A stretch of 63,050 bases of DNA, filler included, from Reticulomyxa filosa (taxonomy: Eukaryota > Protista > Foraminifera), in NCBI GenBank assembly GCA_000512085.1. It is 17 parts of 17 records of this genome, joined end to end, with 100 filler letters (N's around TTAATTAATTAA, not from the genome) between each part and the next. Parts side by side here need not be neighbours in the genome. Positions count along the whole stretch, not along the records: positions 15,679 to 32,293 come from ASPP01050013.1; positions 32,394 to 33,497 come from ASPP01002820.1; positions 33,598 to 36,512 come from ASPP01000884.1; 14 more parts are not named here. One strand, written 5' to 3'. The notes under the pieces were generated by a model. That model was not told where the DNA came from, did not search any database, and saw nothing but the letters and a program-made list of their open reading frames with translations. Below are positions 22,688 to 36,340 of this stretch, one piece after another; position 1 is the stretch's first letter, and every line of letters starts with the position of its first letter. Both the position numbers and the translations under genes were made by a program.

Positions 22688-25600
22688 ATGACAGCACGTT
22701 TACTATTGTTGGTTGCACTGTCGCGTGTTGTTGATATTTGCAAAAGCCAAGCATGCAAATTTGCACATCACCCACAAGAAAATCTTGTATTTTCGTTGGG
22801 AGAGTGTAATTACGTAAAACAAAGCAAACCTTCCCCTTTTGGTGGCGTAATTGTAATTCGTGAGGAATGGTTCCGTGCTCTTTGTGATAGCACCGGAACT
22901 GCACGATTTGATTATTATTCAGGTGCGCTTAAATATTTTGTTTTTAGCTTTTGTATTCAATCTCATGTGCAAAGTTTTTTTTTGCGTCGAGCAAAACACA
23001 AAATTTTTGAAGCCGTATTTCTTGCAAAAACAAAATAGGCCCAGAGTGCAATCAGAGTGTATACACTCAGACAGTCACGACAACACATTACAATTGCGAC
23101 GGATATTACGACTGCAAGTACCTGCTAAACGTGAGCGCTTCAGAGGGAGAAAGTTGTGACGGAAATGGGGCAATTACGTACAGATACAATTTGGCAACGG
23201 AAGAAACGTTGTGCATCAATCGCTATTCCTATTCCTACGGTGCAAAGAATTTTTCTCGAAATTTCTACGCAAATATTGAGTGTACAGGAACGCCACTGTC
23301 GCAGGAAGTGATAATCTCTGGTTGTGCGTTTTCCAGCTTTGTGCGGAGCTATGCGTATTCATTGATTACTGATAAAAGTGGTACTGATATTTTTTTTGTT
23401 TTCTTTGCCCTTTGCAAACGATCACATTGTCAAAATTCCTGAAAACACAAATAGAGCCCGTTTTATGGAAAGCGATGAACGTGCCAATGTTGTTAACTGC
23501 CGCCGATATTTATGTGAATGAAATCAAATTGCGACAATCGACAATGGAAATGGTGTTGACGTATACTGGAAGACTTGCCACGAATGTGTGGTTTGGAATA
23601 GGTTTTGGCCAACAGATCATGTCCGGGACCTATGCAATCATTTATCAATCCATCAACACACCTCTCTCAAAGAGATTTGAAGAACAGCAATTGGGAAATC
23701 GCGATGCAGGTTCGAATTTGACCAGTTCGTTATTATTCCGAAAAGTGGTTGTGTCTGGAACCTCCACAACAATTACCGTCGTTCGTCCATTGCAAATTAC
23801 TGGTGACGCCAGATACTTTTCGTTTGTGTTTAATCCTAGCACCGCATCGCGGGTACAAATTCCGATCATTTTTGCGCGAGGTGTTACACAAACGCTGCAA
23901 AACCATCAATCCTCAAATCGCGGGGTCTCTGCTATTACCCTACAATTTGTGGGTATGTACATCTAATGCACTTGACGTATACAAACATTGAATTGAAAAC
24001 GTTACACATTTTCAAAATCCAACAAACACACAAAACAAAGGCACAGCATCGCCAAGCATGCAACCCACAGTGAGACCTACAATGAAACCAACGAATCAAC
24101 CATCGTTGAGGCCAACCAAAAAACCAACTTCAAAGCCTACACAAAATCCGACAAAGAAGCCAACTAAGAAACCCACATTGAATCCAACGAAAAGGCCGAC
24201 ATCAAACCCAACAACCAGGCCAACAACGAAGCCAACATCCCATCCAACAGAAAGACCAACATTAAATCCAACCAAAAAGCCTACTTCAAAACCAACAAAA
24301 AGTCCTACCTTACGTCCAACACAAAGACCTACTTCTAGACCCACTTGGACTCCGACAGCCAAACCAAGCCAACATCCTACTTCAGGACCAAGTCAAAAGC
24401 CAACTGCAAACCCTACAGGACATCCAACAACAATCCCGACCAAAAGACCAACAATCACAAGGCCTACTGTCCAACCAACAAACAGACCAAGTGTTGAGCC
24501 AACTTCTCAACCGACAATTCATCCAACTGACTTGCCTACACTTTTGTCGACTGCAAATCCAACCCAACATCCATCGTTGCAACTAAGTACAGGTTCGTTT
24601 GTTTTGATAACTGTTGAAAAGATCTTTTAAAAAAAATCAATCAATATGTGTGTGGTTTTGAATTAAAAAAATATATTTATTATGACATATCGATATATTT
24701 GTATTTACTATTGTATGTGAACAAAACAGAAGCTTCCCTTCCAACCATCAGGCCTTCGGCCAGACCAATAGCAACGACGGGTGTCCCGACGAAACAGCCC
24801 ACCTACCAGCCTACAAAGAGGCCCACTAAGCAACCAATTCAAACAGCGATCCGGTCAGCGTCATGTAAAGTTGTTTGTTTGTGTACTTGTGTTATTCTTT
24901 GTGCGATAATGGAAATATATATATACATATATACTTATATGTATATACAAGTTGAATGTTTTCGGCCGAAAAAAGTCCCACGTCCGTCATATCGAACACA
25001 ATGCGAAGAAGCTGAAGCAGAGTGGACGATAAATTTTGTTGATTCAGCCTACGAAACGAACATTGCTCAAACTACCATAACTTATGAAGTGTGTACACAC
25101 GGTAAGTACTTATACGCTGTAATAAAAGACAGACAAAACATGTATTGTGTTTAAAACAACAGCTAATCCTTCGCCTTCTTGTAATCCCAACAACACTCCA
25201 CCAAAATTGACGCAGCTTTGGATACAAGCTCCATGTGAATGTGGATCAGAAACATTCCTTGGACAATTTACGCATACCATGACTCCAGAGGGTTATATTG
25301 GCGATTTGTATGAGGTGTGGTTGTGGCAGTTGGCACTGGACCGTGGTTTGTGTACAAATGTATCATTAGGTATTAGTGGTCCGGTGTCGTTAAGGGAAGG
25401 TCAATACCGTCTCTTTGGAGAGCATCAATACGGAGAAGGGTCCATTTTATCGCCTGATATTTGTCAGTTAAACCAATTAGCTCATGAGGCTAGTAGTAGT
25501 AGCAGCAATAAGAGGTATTCGACTGAAGACAGCACAGACAGCAGTGATAGTAACTCTGACAGCTTTGATTTTTGGAGTAGAGGTTATCATGACGACAGCG

Positions 25601-26451
25601 AAAGTAGTAGTGAAGAACTTTGGAGCCAGCGTCGTTGGAGAAACGTAGGCAGAAAATGGAGCGGATACACGATCAATCAATGGAAAAACAATCTCTGGAG
25701 ATACGATCCCGTTCCTTGGGATAATTGTTTGACAAAGAGTGCAGTATATCCTGATTCAATTTGTCACCATAAATGTGATGATGTTTTCAATGTAGAATGG
25801 ACCATTAATTTTCTAAATCGAAGTTATGATGCAGTTAACAATCTTACAAGTTTTTATTATCACGTTTCGGTACTGGACACGCCCCCACCAATATTTTGCA
25901 CAAGATTAGGTAACCCAGTGACATTGACAACTATATTAATTAGTGTTGGATGTGACTGTCCGTTCTCAGTGCTACAAAATAATAATTTGCACAAGATCAC
26001 AGACAGTTTGCAACCAATCGGCCAAACTCGTGACACATACTGGCAATGGAGTGTTCAAGTTAGGCCAGGACATTCCAAAGTCATCCAAATTACTGTTCAC
26101 GGAAACATGGCAAGCACATTTAATGGACAAGCCACGCTGGGTGGATGGGATCGATGCGCTACACGGCGATATTTAGATGTTCCCGATCCTTGTGCAAATA
26201 TTTGCTCCAAGGGAATGTTTACTCCTTGGAAAAATTATGGAAGCTGCAGTAAAAAATGGTAAAAATATATTATACAAATCAATAAAAAATGCGTTTGCTT
26301 AGACCACAAATTATACCATGTTAATAGCAACGGAGGACTTCAAGAACAGCGTCGTGATTGTGTGTCGGTCTGTGATCCTACTGTTCCTGCTGATGATTGT
26401 GTTGGTGCGTCGCAGGGCTTTGTTCCGTGCAATGATTTTCCTTGCGTTTGA
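22688..26451 (+). CDS. Secreted protein: signal peptide - Cys-rich domain - DOMON - PT stalk - two copies of an unknown domain - TSP1
   Basis: Hydrophobic N-terminus; WFGIGFG..M..YAII / TVVRPL / IIFARG..NH..RG (DOMON); PTxx repeats; FTPWKNYGSCSKKCNGGLQEQRRDC..CNDFPC (TSP1, spliced). Confidence 0.8.
24058..24580 (+). repeat. PT(xx) mucin-like coding repeat
   Basis: About 40 four-residue PTKK/PTSK/PTLN-type units. Confidence 0.9.
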
Positions 26452-27143
26452 TCATATAAAGAGCAGTTTTTTGACGATATTTTACAATTTTTCCTGGCTT
26501 GATTCATGTATAAGCACTTTCACTCTATTCCTCTCTGTTTTTCTTTTTTTGGTGATTACTTATTATTGATCCTATTATTCTGCTGTTCTTTCTTTTCATA
26601 ACTTTTTTCATTTCGACTTTCTATTTTATTAGTGTTGTTTTTGGTAAAGATTCCTTACCTGGAACAGCTTTTTACTTTTATTTCAATTCTTTTTTTGCCT
26701 TTTTTTGGTTTCTTTTTGTTTTTCCATTTTCTCTTTTTGGAGTTTCTGTTTGTTTTACACTTTATGTTCTAATTTATTAAAATTTAACTATAATTTCATT
26801 ATTTTACATCGGAAAAAAATCAACAATGTACTGTTATATACAATAATCATCATTCCTTGTGTAAAATTACATCTCTACAAAGAAATTTTTATTTAATTTG
26901 CTGTTATGGCAAATTCGTTATTGCAATGTTAGATTTCATTGGATTTGAGTTCAAGTTTAAGAGAATAATTTGACGAATGGAAAGAGTTTTTGTTTTTTGC
27001 CAATGGCATAATTGAAAACTTGTACAAATATTATATTGAACAAAAATCAATTTTCTTCAACGCCCCAGATAATCCATTTAAAGACAATCACGAATTTGTT
27101 CTTTATCTCTTTTTTTTTGGAGTAAGAAGCACAAATAACAATT

Positions 27144-29115
27144 TTACCCAAGATAATGCGATTGATGCAACTGTTGGTAATGAGGCTCCAATGCATCTTG
27201 CATCAATCGTAATTTGGAAGCGATGGGGCCATTGGCTTGCTTTATTTTGCGATGCAAATATAAATGTTGTAATTGCTTTGTTTCTGGCCATTCATAATAA
27301 TTTAAAATTTGAAGATAGCTGAACATTGACTCTAAACAGTTTTTACGTAATAAACTACGTCCTAACAAAAATTTTCCAGAGTTCATATTATCAAGTTGTG
27401 CAAAATCCATTTTGCGAAAAGGTTCTAGGATGACAGGAAAGGACATGGATTCCCATCGACTGAAAGGCAATTGAAAACCTGTGCATATGTACAAAAAAAA
27501 GAAAAAAAATTACGCACTAGTTGTTGAATTGAGATTACAAAAACAGAGACAAGCCTTCGACGTTTTTGCAATAGTATTGGCCCCCAAACAATAGCTCTTG
27601 TAAACTATCATAAATTTGCTGCAAGAAGGGATCATAGAAGGGGGGCACAAGTCGCGGCAAATTTTCAATGAAATTGTTGTCAATCAATTTCTGCAAATCT
27701 CCAGTGATTCGCAGTTTCCAACCTTGATTGATATATCTCATGATGACATCGTAATGCAAAATGTTTAATTTTTCATGGAATGTCCAAGGGACATGGGCAC
27801 CCAATAAATTAAGATGTCGATTTAAACCCCAGCTGATTTCATATTGTTGAAAAGCGGGATCCATCATTGCATACCCGACTGCCAAATTCGATAAATCCTT
27901 GGGTAAGAATTGATCTAGCAGTCGGTTGTTTTTGCTGAAGTGTTCATCAACAATTTTGTACAACATTTTAATAACGGCGCCACTCTGCACACGCAACTGA
28001 CCGTAGGCAAAAACAATATCCGCAAATTCATTAGGGCGTACTGGCAGTTCCACAATGCGGCTTTTATCGTTATTTTCACCCGAGTTATCTTCGTCCATTT
28101 GTCTCCATACAACCAATCGTTGCAATATGTCTTGGTCTGGAGACTTGTTTTCGGGTAGAATTGGCTCATTAAATTCATTCACATTCTCATAGCGCATGTA
28201 ATATCTGCGAAAACAACGATCCACAAATGATACTAACGATTGCACTAGCTGAAAAGGTCGATAGCCCAGAGTTGCCAGCGTCCATAACAAGTCACACACT
28301 TCTTCTGTTGTCAATCCACCTGCATTCTTTTTTTTGTATCGTATTGATTATTGAGAGAAAGTTTGGTTATTTCTCCAATGTCCAAAGTCAGTGGTATGTG
28401 ATTTTAACAATGCGTTAGTATAAATACATGTTTTTAGTGGAAATAAACTTTGTGCAAAAAATCGAATAGATTTTCCATTGTGGCTAATGTGTGATCACTC
28501 GTCACCAAATTATGCCAATTCTCGTCGTTCAAATATTTTTGACATAACCACACATATCTGCGCAATACTTCCGCTCCTGTTGTTGTATTGTTTGTTTCTT
28601 TAGTTTTATTTATCTTTTCTCTTTTCGAGTTTTTTGAAACTGTGTGAAGCAGTCGATTTTATTGGATCAAAGCTATATATTTCTGATTTTATTTTGGACA
28701 TAATTGCCACACTGTTATTGCGATTGCTTTCAATAAATGCTTTAATATTTTTCAATTCATTTAATATCTCTTGTTGTCGAATCCATTGCTTTTCTTGTTT
28801 TTTGTGAATCAAATCATCAAACTCTTGTGCTTTCTTTTTCTGATCATCGCTTACTGTACGAAGTTTTAGCAGTGGATTCGCTTTCATTTGATTGTCTTCG
28901 ACATTATCATTTTCTTTCTTGTTCTCGTCTTCCGAATTTTCCTGTTGCTTTTTTGCCGAGCCGCCAAATGCACGTACATATATATTACGAAGAGAACTCA
29001 AATTCTGTGCTACACGAAGTATGGAAGGTTTGCCAGACAAATAATGCACAGGATTATAGCAACGAAGCCACATGCTTGCCCAAATTTTATTGTAGTGGTA
29101 TTCCTTGCAGTTCAA
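27144..29115 (-). CDS. OPR/HPR helical-repeat + RAP domain protein (FASTK-like), probably mitochondrial
   Basis: Repeats EVCDLLWTLATLGYRP, NEFADIVFAYGQL, KDLSNLAVGYA; C-terminal VILE..LLGRSLLRKNCLE..ILNYYEW (RAP); Arg-rich presequence-like N-terminus. Confidence 0.7.
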
Positions 29116-29749
29116 ATCTTTTTGCCAAAAGCGAAATCATTAAGACTCGAATATAGACAAACTAGAATTCAGTTCCAACACTTAATAGCATTATCAAAAA
29201 CTGAAACTAGTATCGGTATAGCAAAAATTACAGCAAATGATGCATGTCTGAATAGCAGTCAACAAAACAAAGAAATTTAAATTAAAATCTAGAACAAATT
29301 TGAAAAAGTCTCATTTAAAACTTAAAACAAAAGCAATTATTCTGTTACAACATCTGACTAATTCTATGATGATATCAACTATTGTACGTTTGAAATCAAT
29401 CTTTACGTTTGGTTGAGATCATTAGATCTAACGTTTTTCTTGATTTATCGTTTTACTTCTGTCTGTTGTTTTAAATTTAACTTTTAATTTGTAAGATGGA
29501 AATTAGTTTACACTGTTCAAAGGCTTAGTAAAATAAAAAAGTTAGTAATATATGAAGAGTGGTTGCAACTTAGATGTAATACGAAAGAACTTATCTGAAA
29601 TGGATGTTCGATAAAACAAAGTAAATCAAATAAGAAAATGAAGAAACAAGAAAACTTTTTGGTGGAAATGAAAAAGGAAAAAGTTTTAGTAGTATTTTTT
29701 TTTAAGCTTTTGCACCAGGAGGGCGTGAAAGTGTCAGACTAATACTTGC

Positions 29750-32030
29750 TTCGTCATTCACTAGACAGAAATCTCTAATTCATTGACGATGTGAACATTC
29801 GCTCAGGAAATGTTCCAATGTTTCTTCTCATCTTCACACTATTTGCAATCTGGCGAATTCGCTCTTTTAATCTTGAACATGAAAGAATTCATAAATTTTT
29901 CGAATGATTGAGCTTCATTCAAATTGAGTAAGTATTGCTTGTGATGCTTATGATGTTCCATTTCATTGCATTCAAAAATCCAATGCTGATTTCATTATTC
30001 ACTGAAAAATAGATTCAATACATGGAAGTTCAGGAAAGTTGATGTTCGATATGGTCTTCTGAACAATTCAGGTTGATCACTCTGCATGTCAAAGCATATG
30101 ATAGTTCGTTTCCAGGAATTAAAAATCTCAAGAACATCATTTTCTTCAAGTTGTTTCATTAATTGTTGGCATTAGGTCACAAGGAAATTTGTAAATTTCT
30201 GAATTGAATTTGTTGTGGATAGCATTCAAAGCAAATTTACAATTAGAAAGAATTACAATTCGCTTATCTGTGCCACTTTAGTTTAGTGGCGGATTGCCTC
30301 AATATCAATTATAATAGTAATTACTTGGATATTAAATTCCAATTTAATCAATTTTGATGATGATGGATCTTGGATGATAAATCCTGCTACTACAAGTCCT
30401 GGATTGGTTTATCACAATTGTTCTTTCATCAAATGTATTTGAAATTTCTTATTGTGTTGGTTCAACAAATTTCCCAAATGAGACTTTGTTGAATGTAGCA
30501 ATTTTGCAATATGGCTTGCAGTTGGTCCTGATGTGGATATTGATCATGATGTAAATCTGTAACAGATACATTAATGTATGCTATGGACAAGTTGATAATT
30601 TTCATATCAAACTTATATTTACATCACATTCAATATCATAATTATCTCCACAATGATATGCAACTGTCAGATTGTGATTCGGGAATTTTTTACTATATCG
30701 AATACACTTGTGATATAATTTCAATTTTTCAGTTATCTTCTTAATTCCAATGGCAGCATCTGTGAGATTACATTCAATGTGTTGTATAATTGTGATCATT
30801 TGGATGTTTAAATTTTTCTTGTGTGATTCTGCTAATCAATTTCAGAATGCAAAGGCATACTCCAAGGATAGCCGATAATTGCTGTGTACAACAAGTTATG
30901 CGCAGATAAACTTGGACGAATTATTTTACACGAGCACATGAATGTTAAATATCCAAGTTTCATTGATGATATGCAGTAAATATAGTTAATATGTTGTTGG
31001 AATGTCATTTGCTGATCAACAATCAGTCACAATATTTCAAGTGTCCTGCTTATTTAATATAATCACTATTTAATTCAAATTTCATCTTTGGGTATTTTAT
31101 TTTGTTTTTCATCTTGAACGTGATCGACTGTATTTTATTAGGAGCAAATAACATTTTCCATTTTGATGACAATAGTGATACAATATCCAAGTTTATTTGC
31201 ATCAATGACAATTGTCTTTATATTTCCTTTTCGTCACTGGTGTAATAGATGTCTACATCATATGCGAACATCCAATATTGGATTGTACATTGGACTGATT
31301 CAACAATATCATTTATATACAATAGAAACAACAATGGGGACAATACCGATCATTGTGGTACAACAACTTCGAATTTTCTTTCACTAGAACTGAATCTGTC
31401 AATACCACTTAACCGATTCGATCTCTGAAAAAGCTATCAACCACCAATACATTCTTCATTTTAACCCAAATTCATATATCATATTATGTCTTAATCTATC
31501 TATCCACACACTATCATGTGCCGAAGAGATGTCCGACAATACAGCATATGATACAATATTGTTATCAAATGATGGATAAATTGATTCTGTCAGTTGTAAT
31601 AACAATTCTAATGTATTGTGCCAAGATTGGAATCCTGCTTAGCATTGTAATAGCTGGTTCTAATTTAAATACCACATTAATCTCATTGTGCTAATTCTTT
31701 CTAATAATTTCCCAACTCCAGATAACAATGAGATTGGTATGTAATTCTGTACAATATTTGCTCTTTTCAATAATCTTGGAGCATATACAACTTGAAAATC
31801 CAATTAAATAATAACACTTAATGAATCAATAAAAGCTTGACCACAATTTTTGATCATTTGGTTATGGATATTGTTAAATCATTTTGGCTTGAAATATATA
31901 TCAAAGCTTCAATAACTTTTTCTTCAGTGATGTCCACTTGATGATATAACAGTTGATTTCTTCATCTCTTTTCAGTAGTTGCTGTAATTTCGTCTTCAAC
32001 AAATTGATAATGTTCTTTCATTTATTCAAT
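29750..32030 (-). mobile_element. Degenerate non-LTR retrotransposon (RT + RNase H remnants)
   Basis: AGFQSWHNTLELLLQLTESI..AVLSDISSAHDSVW, VPQ*SVLSPLFLLYINDI..MFAYDV (RT); NPG..AGFII and RIVILSNCKFALNAI (RNase H-like); many stops; boundaries approximate. Confidence 0.8.
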
Positions 32031-32136
32031 ACATTAGTTTGCAAAAAACAGTACATCCAAAAAAAAAGCTTTTTTAGTACTTGACCCATATCTTTATTAA
32101 AAAGAGCTAAAGTAAAAATATTTTTGTAGATATATA

Positions 32137-32293
32137 CAGTAGGATAAAAAGAAAGTTGAAGCCTAAATGCCACCTTATAGATTATTATGTTTCTCCATGA
32201 AAAAACAACATTTAATCAAAATTTTTTTAAAAAAAATCTACGAATCGTGCAGTTTTTAAATATCATTTTTGGTTTTTTAATTAAAAAATTTAA
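32137..32293 (+). mobile_element. Terminal inverted repeat of the Tc1-like family seen at 56199-57260
   Basis: TA|CAGTAGGATAAAAAGAAAGTTGA..TTTCTCCATGAAAAAACAACATTTAATCAAAA matches those TIRs. Confidence 0.85.
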
Positions 32294-32393
32294 NNNNNNN
32301 NNNNNNNNNNNNNNNNNNNNNNNNNNNNNNNNNNNNNTTAATTAATTAANNNNNNNNNNNNNNNNNNNNNNNNNNNNNNNNNNNNNNNNNNNN

Positions 32394-33497
32394 TAATAAT
32401 AATAATAATAATAATGGCCAATCGACAACGAAACATAAAAAGAAAAAGAAACGAAAGGCAAACGCAATAAAAGCAATAAGAGCAAGAGCAAAGATGTGAA
32501 AGCGCAATTGGACTATGGCAGCAAATGGACTGCAGAAGAGTACATTATGCAGTGCCAGACGATGACCACCCCGCAGCTGCAAAGAGAAAAGGACAGACTA
32601 TTGGAATGCAGTCGCGAATGGACAAAGCGCACCGACGCCGACACTGATGACAACGACGAATACGATAAAGAGAGGAAGATGAAGATATAGATGGAAACAT
32701 GGAAGATGCTTTGCATGACGATAATGGAAACAATGAAAAAGAAGAAGAAAGCAATCGAAGACGATATGCAAATGGAAGCAAAGACAAAGACAAGGGCCAC
32801 GGAGAGGAAGACCCTTCCAAGGTGTATTGCTTATGTCGAAGGCCATATGACGCCAACAAGTCAACGATCTGCTGCGACTACTGCGAGGAGTGGTATCACT
32901 TGGTGTGCGTGGGCATGAACGACGCAGAGCTGAATTCGATGCAGGACGACAAGTACAAATGTCCGGCCTGTCTGGAACTGGAAACTGGTCGTCGAAGGGA
33001 TGTATCAGACGTTTGGGAAAGAGTGTCAAAACATTATCGCCCCAACTCGGGACCAGCGATGTCGTAAAGACTTGAACTCCGTCGTCAAAGTTGGAGCAGC
33101 AGCAACAACTGCTGCTCTACCAAAACGCATTGCAGTCCATCGAGCAGATCCGCAAACACTGTCTCAACAAAGAGTTGTGGTATTCCTACTGCGCCCAATT
33201 GGGCCGACTCGAACCGGGATGCATCGTCGACGTCAACATGGACAAACTCGACTCGCAATGGGACTTGGCCGACGTCCACGAGGACATCGCCTCCATCAAA
33301 TACTCGACTCGTGCCAAAGTCTTGTCCATTGCAAATACGGACAAACACGGCGCTCATTCGAGAGAAGCCCAAGTTCAGTTTGACAACTACGGGTTCATCC
33401 GTCCCAAGTCCAAGGCCAATCACACTCCAGTGATGTCAAAAACGCAAAGCTTATCACATCGTCCTCTGTCCATTTCGAGGCAAACGACGCGCGCTAT
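32394..33497 (+). CDS. PHD finger protein with downstream Tudor/Agenet-like segment, partial
   Basis: VYCLCRRPYD..ICCDYCEEWYHLVCVG..YKCPAC; LEPGCIVDV..RAKVLSI..AQVQFDNYG; frameshifts between ORFs. Confidence 0.8.
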
Positions 33498-35129
33498 NNN
33501 NNNNNNNNNNNNNNNNNNNNNNNNNNNNNNNNNNNNNNNNNTTAATTAATTAANNNNNNNNNNNNNNNNNNNNNNNNNNNNNNNNNNNNNNNNNNNNTGA
33601 TGTCATTTTATATCAAAAATCTTGATATTCGATCAAAAATTTTTGCAAGGGGACGTCGCAATTCCTCAAAAAAAAACTTTGGATCGCTTTTTTTGCGTCC
33701 TGGCTGATCGCGCCTTAATCTCCAAGTGATTGGCCTTTCACTGGCCTTATAAATAATCAAAATTCTTAATAACAATAACAAAATTTCAATTAATATTCAA
33801 ATTATTATTCAAATGATGATTCCAATGAAAATTCCAAATTTTAATTAAAATCCAATTAAAAATTCTTCCCAAATAACAAATTATCAATATCCTTTTGATA
33901 TTCCAATGACCCTCTTCAAGGGTTTCCAATAAATATTCAAATTAATTTATCCAAAAAAAAAAATTCACAAATAAAATAACTTTTCTTCAGGAAAATTCCT
34001 AAAAAATTTACTTTCAAAATTAACTTCAAAACTTGAAAGATATTTGAGTATCTTGACTTGTCCAACTTCAATTCCCTTCCAAAAACAACTTTTCAGCAAG
34101 TTGAAAATGATGATGATTAATGGGTCTATATATATATATTTTTTTTTTTTTTCCGAAAATGAATTGCAACAAAAACTTTGCCAAACGGTGAAAAAGGTTA
34201 AAAACCACACAATACTAACAATATCACAAAAGTTCAACTGCTATAAAAAGTTTTAATCAATATAAAAATTAATTTTACTAGTAAAAAAAAATTTCGGACT
34301 TTGACTTGAGGATTCTTGTTGAAACGACTTGACTTTTTCGACTATTTTGATATATATTGATATATCTACTTGTTCTAAGTTTACTTGAAGTGACCTCGAG
34401 ATAATCTTGACGATTTTTTCACGACGATCGTTAATGATGATATATAGATTTATATTTTTTTTTTTTTCTCGCTCGGAAGCCTTCTTCATCGCGCTTACTG
34501 CCTTCGGCCTCCGCGCATTTTCCGTTACTTTTCGTAGAAATTCTTGCTTTCAACGCTTTAATGCTTTTGCTCTCATTTTGCATTTCATCATAGGGGCATG
34601 TATTTGGACATGTCGTCCTTCCCCTTAAGCGATGGCATTTTATGTCAATTAATTTTTTTTTAATCAAGACCAAAGACCCATTTGGATTTTATATCATTGA
34701 TTGGTAAATTCTCGACATTATCTCGTTGATGTGTCCATGAAGCTGATGCTGGAGTGCCGCTCCAATCTCAAATATTCCACCGATGCAAATTGCCAAATAA
34801 GGTTTTGTTATCGTTGGACTTTGATTGTGTTGTGATATTTTGTGATGGAAGCACATTCCCAAATCCTAGAATTGGAGGTGCAACATAAAAAAAAATAATA
34901 TATTGGCTAACTAAAGCCACAAAGAATAAAGCCAGCGTAAAAGGGAAACCAAATGCACAAATACATTCCCCCTGAAGCACCCTAGCAAAAAAAATATCTC
35001 AATATCACAAGCGGAACGACAAGACCCCGAAGGCTAAACAAAGACCAAAAATGCAGCAATTTGTTTTTGTATAGTTTTGTTTAATTTTGTGATAGTGCTA
35101 AATTTATATTTTGCAATTTGATTGATATT

Positions 35130-36340
35130 TGACTGCAGAGATGTCCAATAACACTGAATTGCGATTGAATAACTGGTGGATAGTCTCAACCAATCTCAAT
35201 AACAATTTATCTGTGTTATGCTACGATTGGAATCCTGCTTCTCATCCACATCTCTTGGAGGCTGAGGAATAGATATACTTTATTAGCATCTGATCTTGCC
35301 ACTGAATTTGTCTCTTTGTTCATCAATGCTGGAGTAATACATATCTTATTGGTATTCAATGCCTTGAGCTTCAACAACACATTGATCCAGATTCGACTGC
35401 TTTGTCCAAAGGATCTTGATCTCTTGATACAATTGAATCAATAGATTGCTTCCAATTGTCAATATTTCTTTTCAATCTCAATCTAAATTATTCCCATTTG
35501 TTACTTCCAAGATTCCTTGGACCACGTGGTTTTGATATTGAACGTGATTGTGAGATGGTCTGAGTGCATATCCAATTGACATCAATTACTAATCAATAGA
35601 AGAATAAACATAAACAACATAATACTTGATGTAGCATTGTATTTCATGAATGTGCAGTCAAATGGCAATGTATTGATAATATGTAGCCCATTGGATACAA
35701 TGAAATCAAGGGTAAACTCACTCACATCGTCGATGTTATGACGATGTGCACTCCAATCAATATTTTCATAGCAGGTTGTAATTCTTGCTCAAATACTTGA
35801 ATATTGAAATGATTACACTGTAAATTTCGATTCATAACTAAATACATGCATGTTATTAAATCGTCGTGTTGATAAATGCAAATCTCTTCGACATAATACT
35901 CCAGATCTTACTGTCTCAATCCAGTGATGAACATAAAGATACTGGAAATTATAATCGATGTCCTTTGATCTGAATCCTTCTTGAATGGGGCTTTGCCTAA
36001 GTCTTAGCGATGAGATTTCATCAGATTTCCTATTGTACATTTGGTCATTGTTATTTTTTATTTTATTCTTTCTATTAGTCCTCTTCTTTGATTTCCATTC
36101 TTATTTTCATTTCCATTTAATCTTTATCGTTTGGCAGTATCAGTATAAGAATAATCCTTTGCTTGCTGCGCATTTAATTTAATTGGAATTGTTTAAGATT
36201 CCTTATTCATCTCTTGCTTAATCTAAATATCATTGTCTTTCAATATCTTGACAACATCTTCAGTCTTTGATAGTAGCACTTTAACTATTGACATTTTATG
36301 GGATCGTTTAATTTGATATCTATAATTTCCAATGTCTCCT
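35130..36340 (-). mobile_element. Second degenerate LINE RT remnant, related to 29750-32030
   Basis: AGFQS*HNTDKLLLRLVETI..LLDISA; shares GATTGGAATCCTGCTT and AGAGATGTCC with the first copy; boundaries approximate. Confidence 0.7.

Noticed and set aside
34431-34673. Possible ribosomal protein L21-like fragment (KQEFLRKVTENAR)
   Set aside because: Too short, interrupted by stops, and in a low-quality-looking region.
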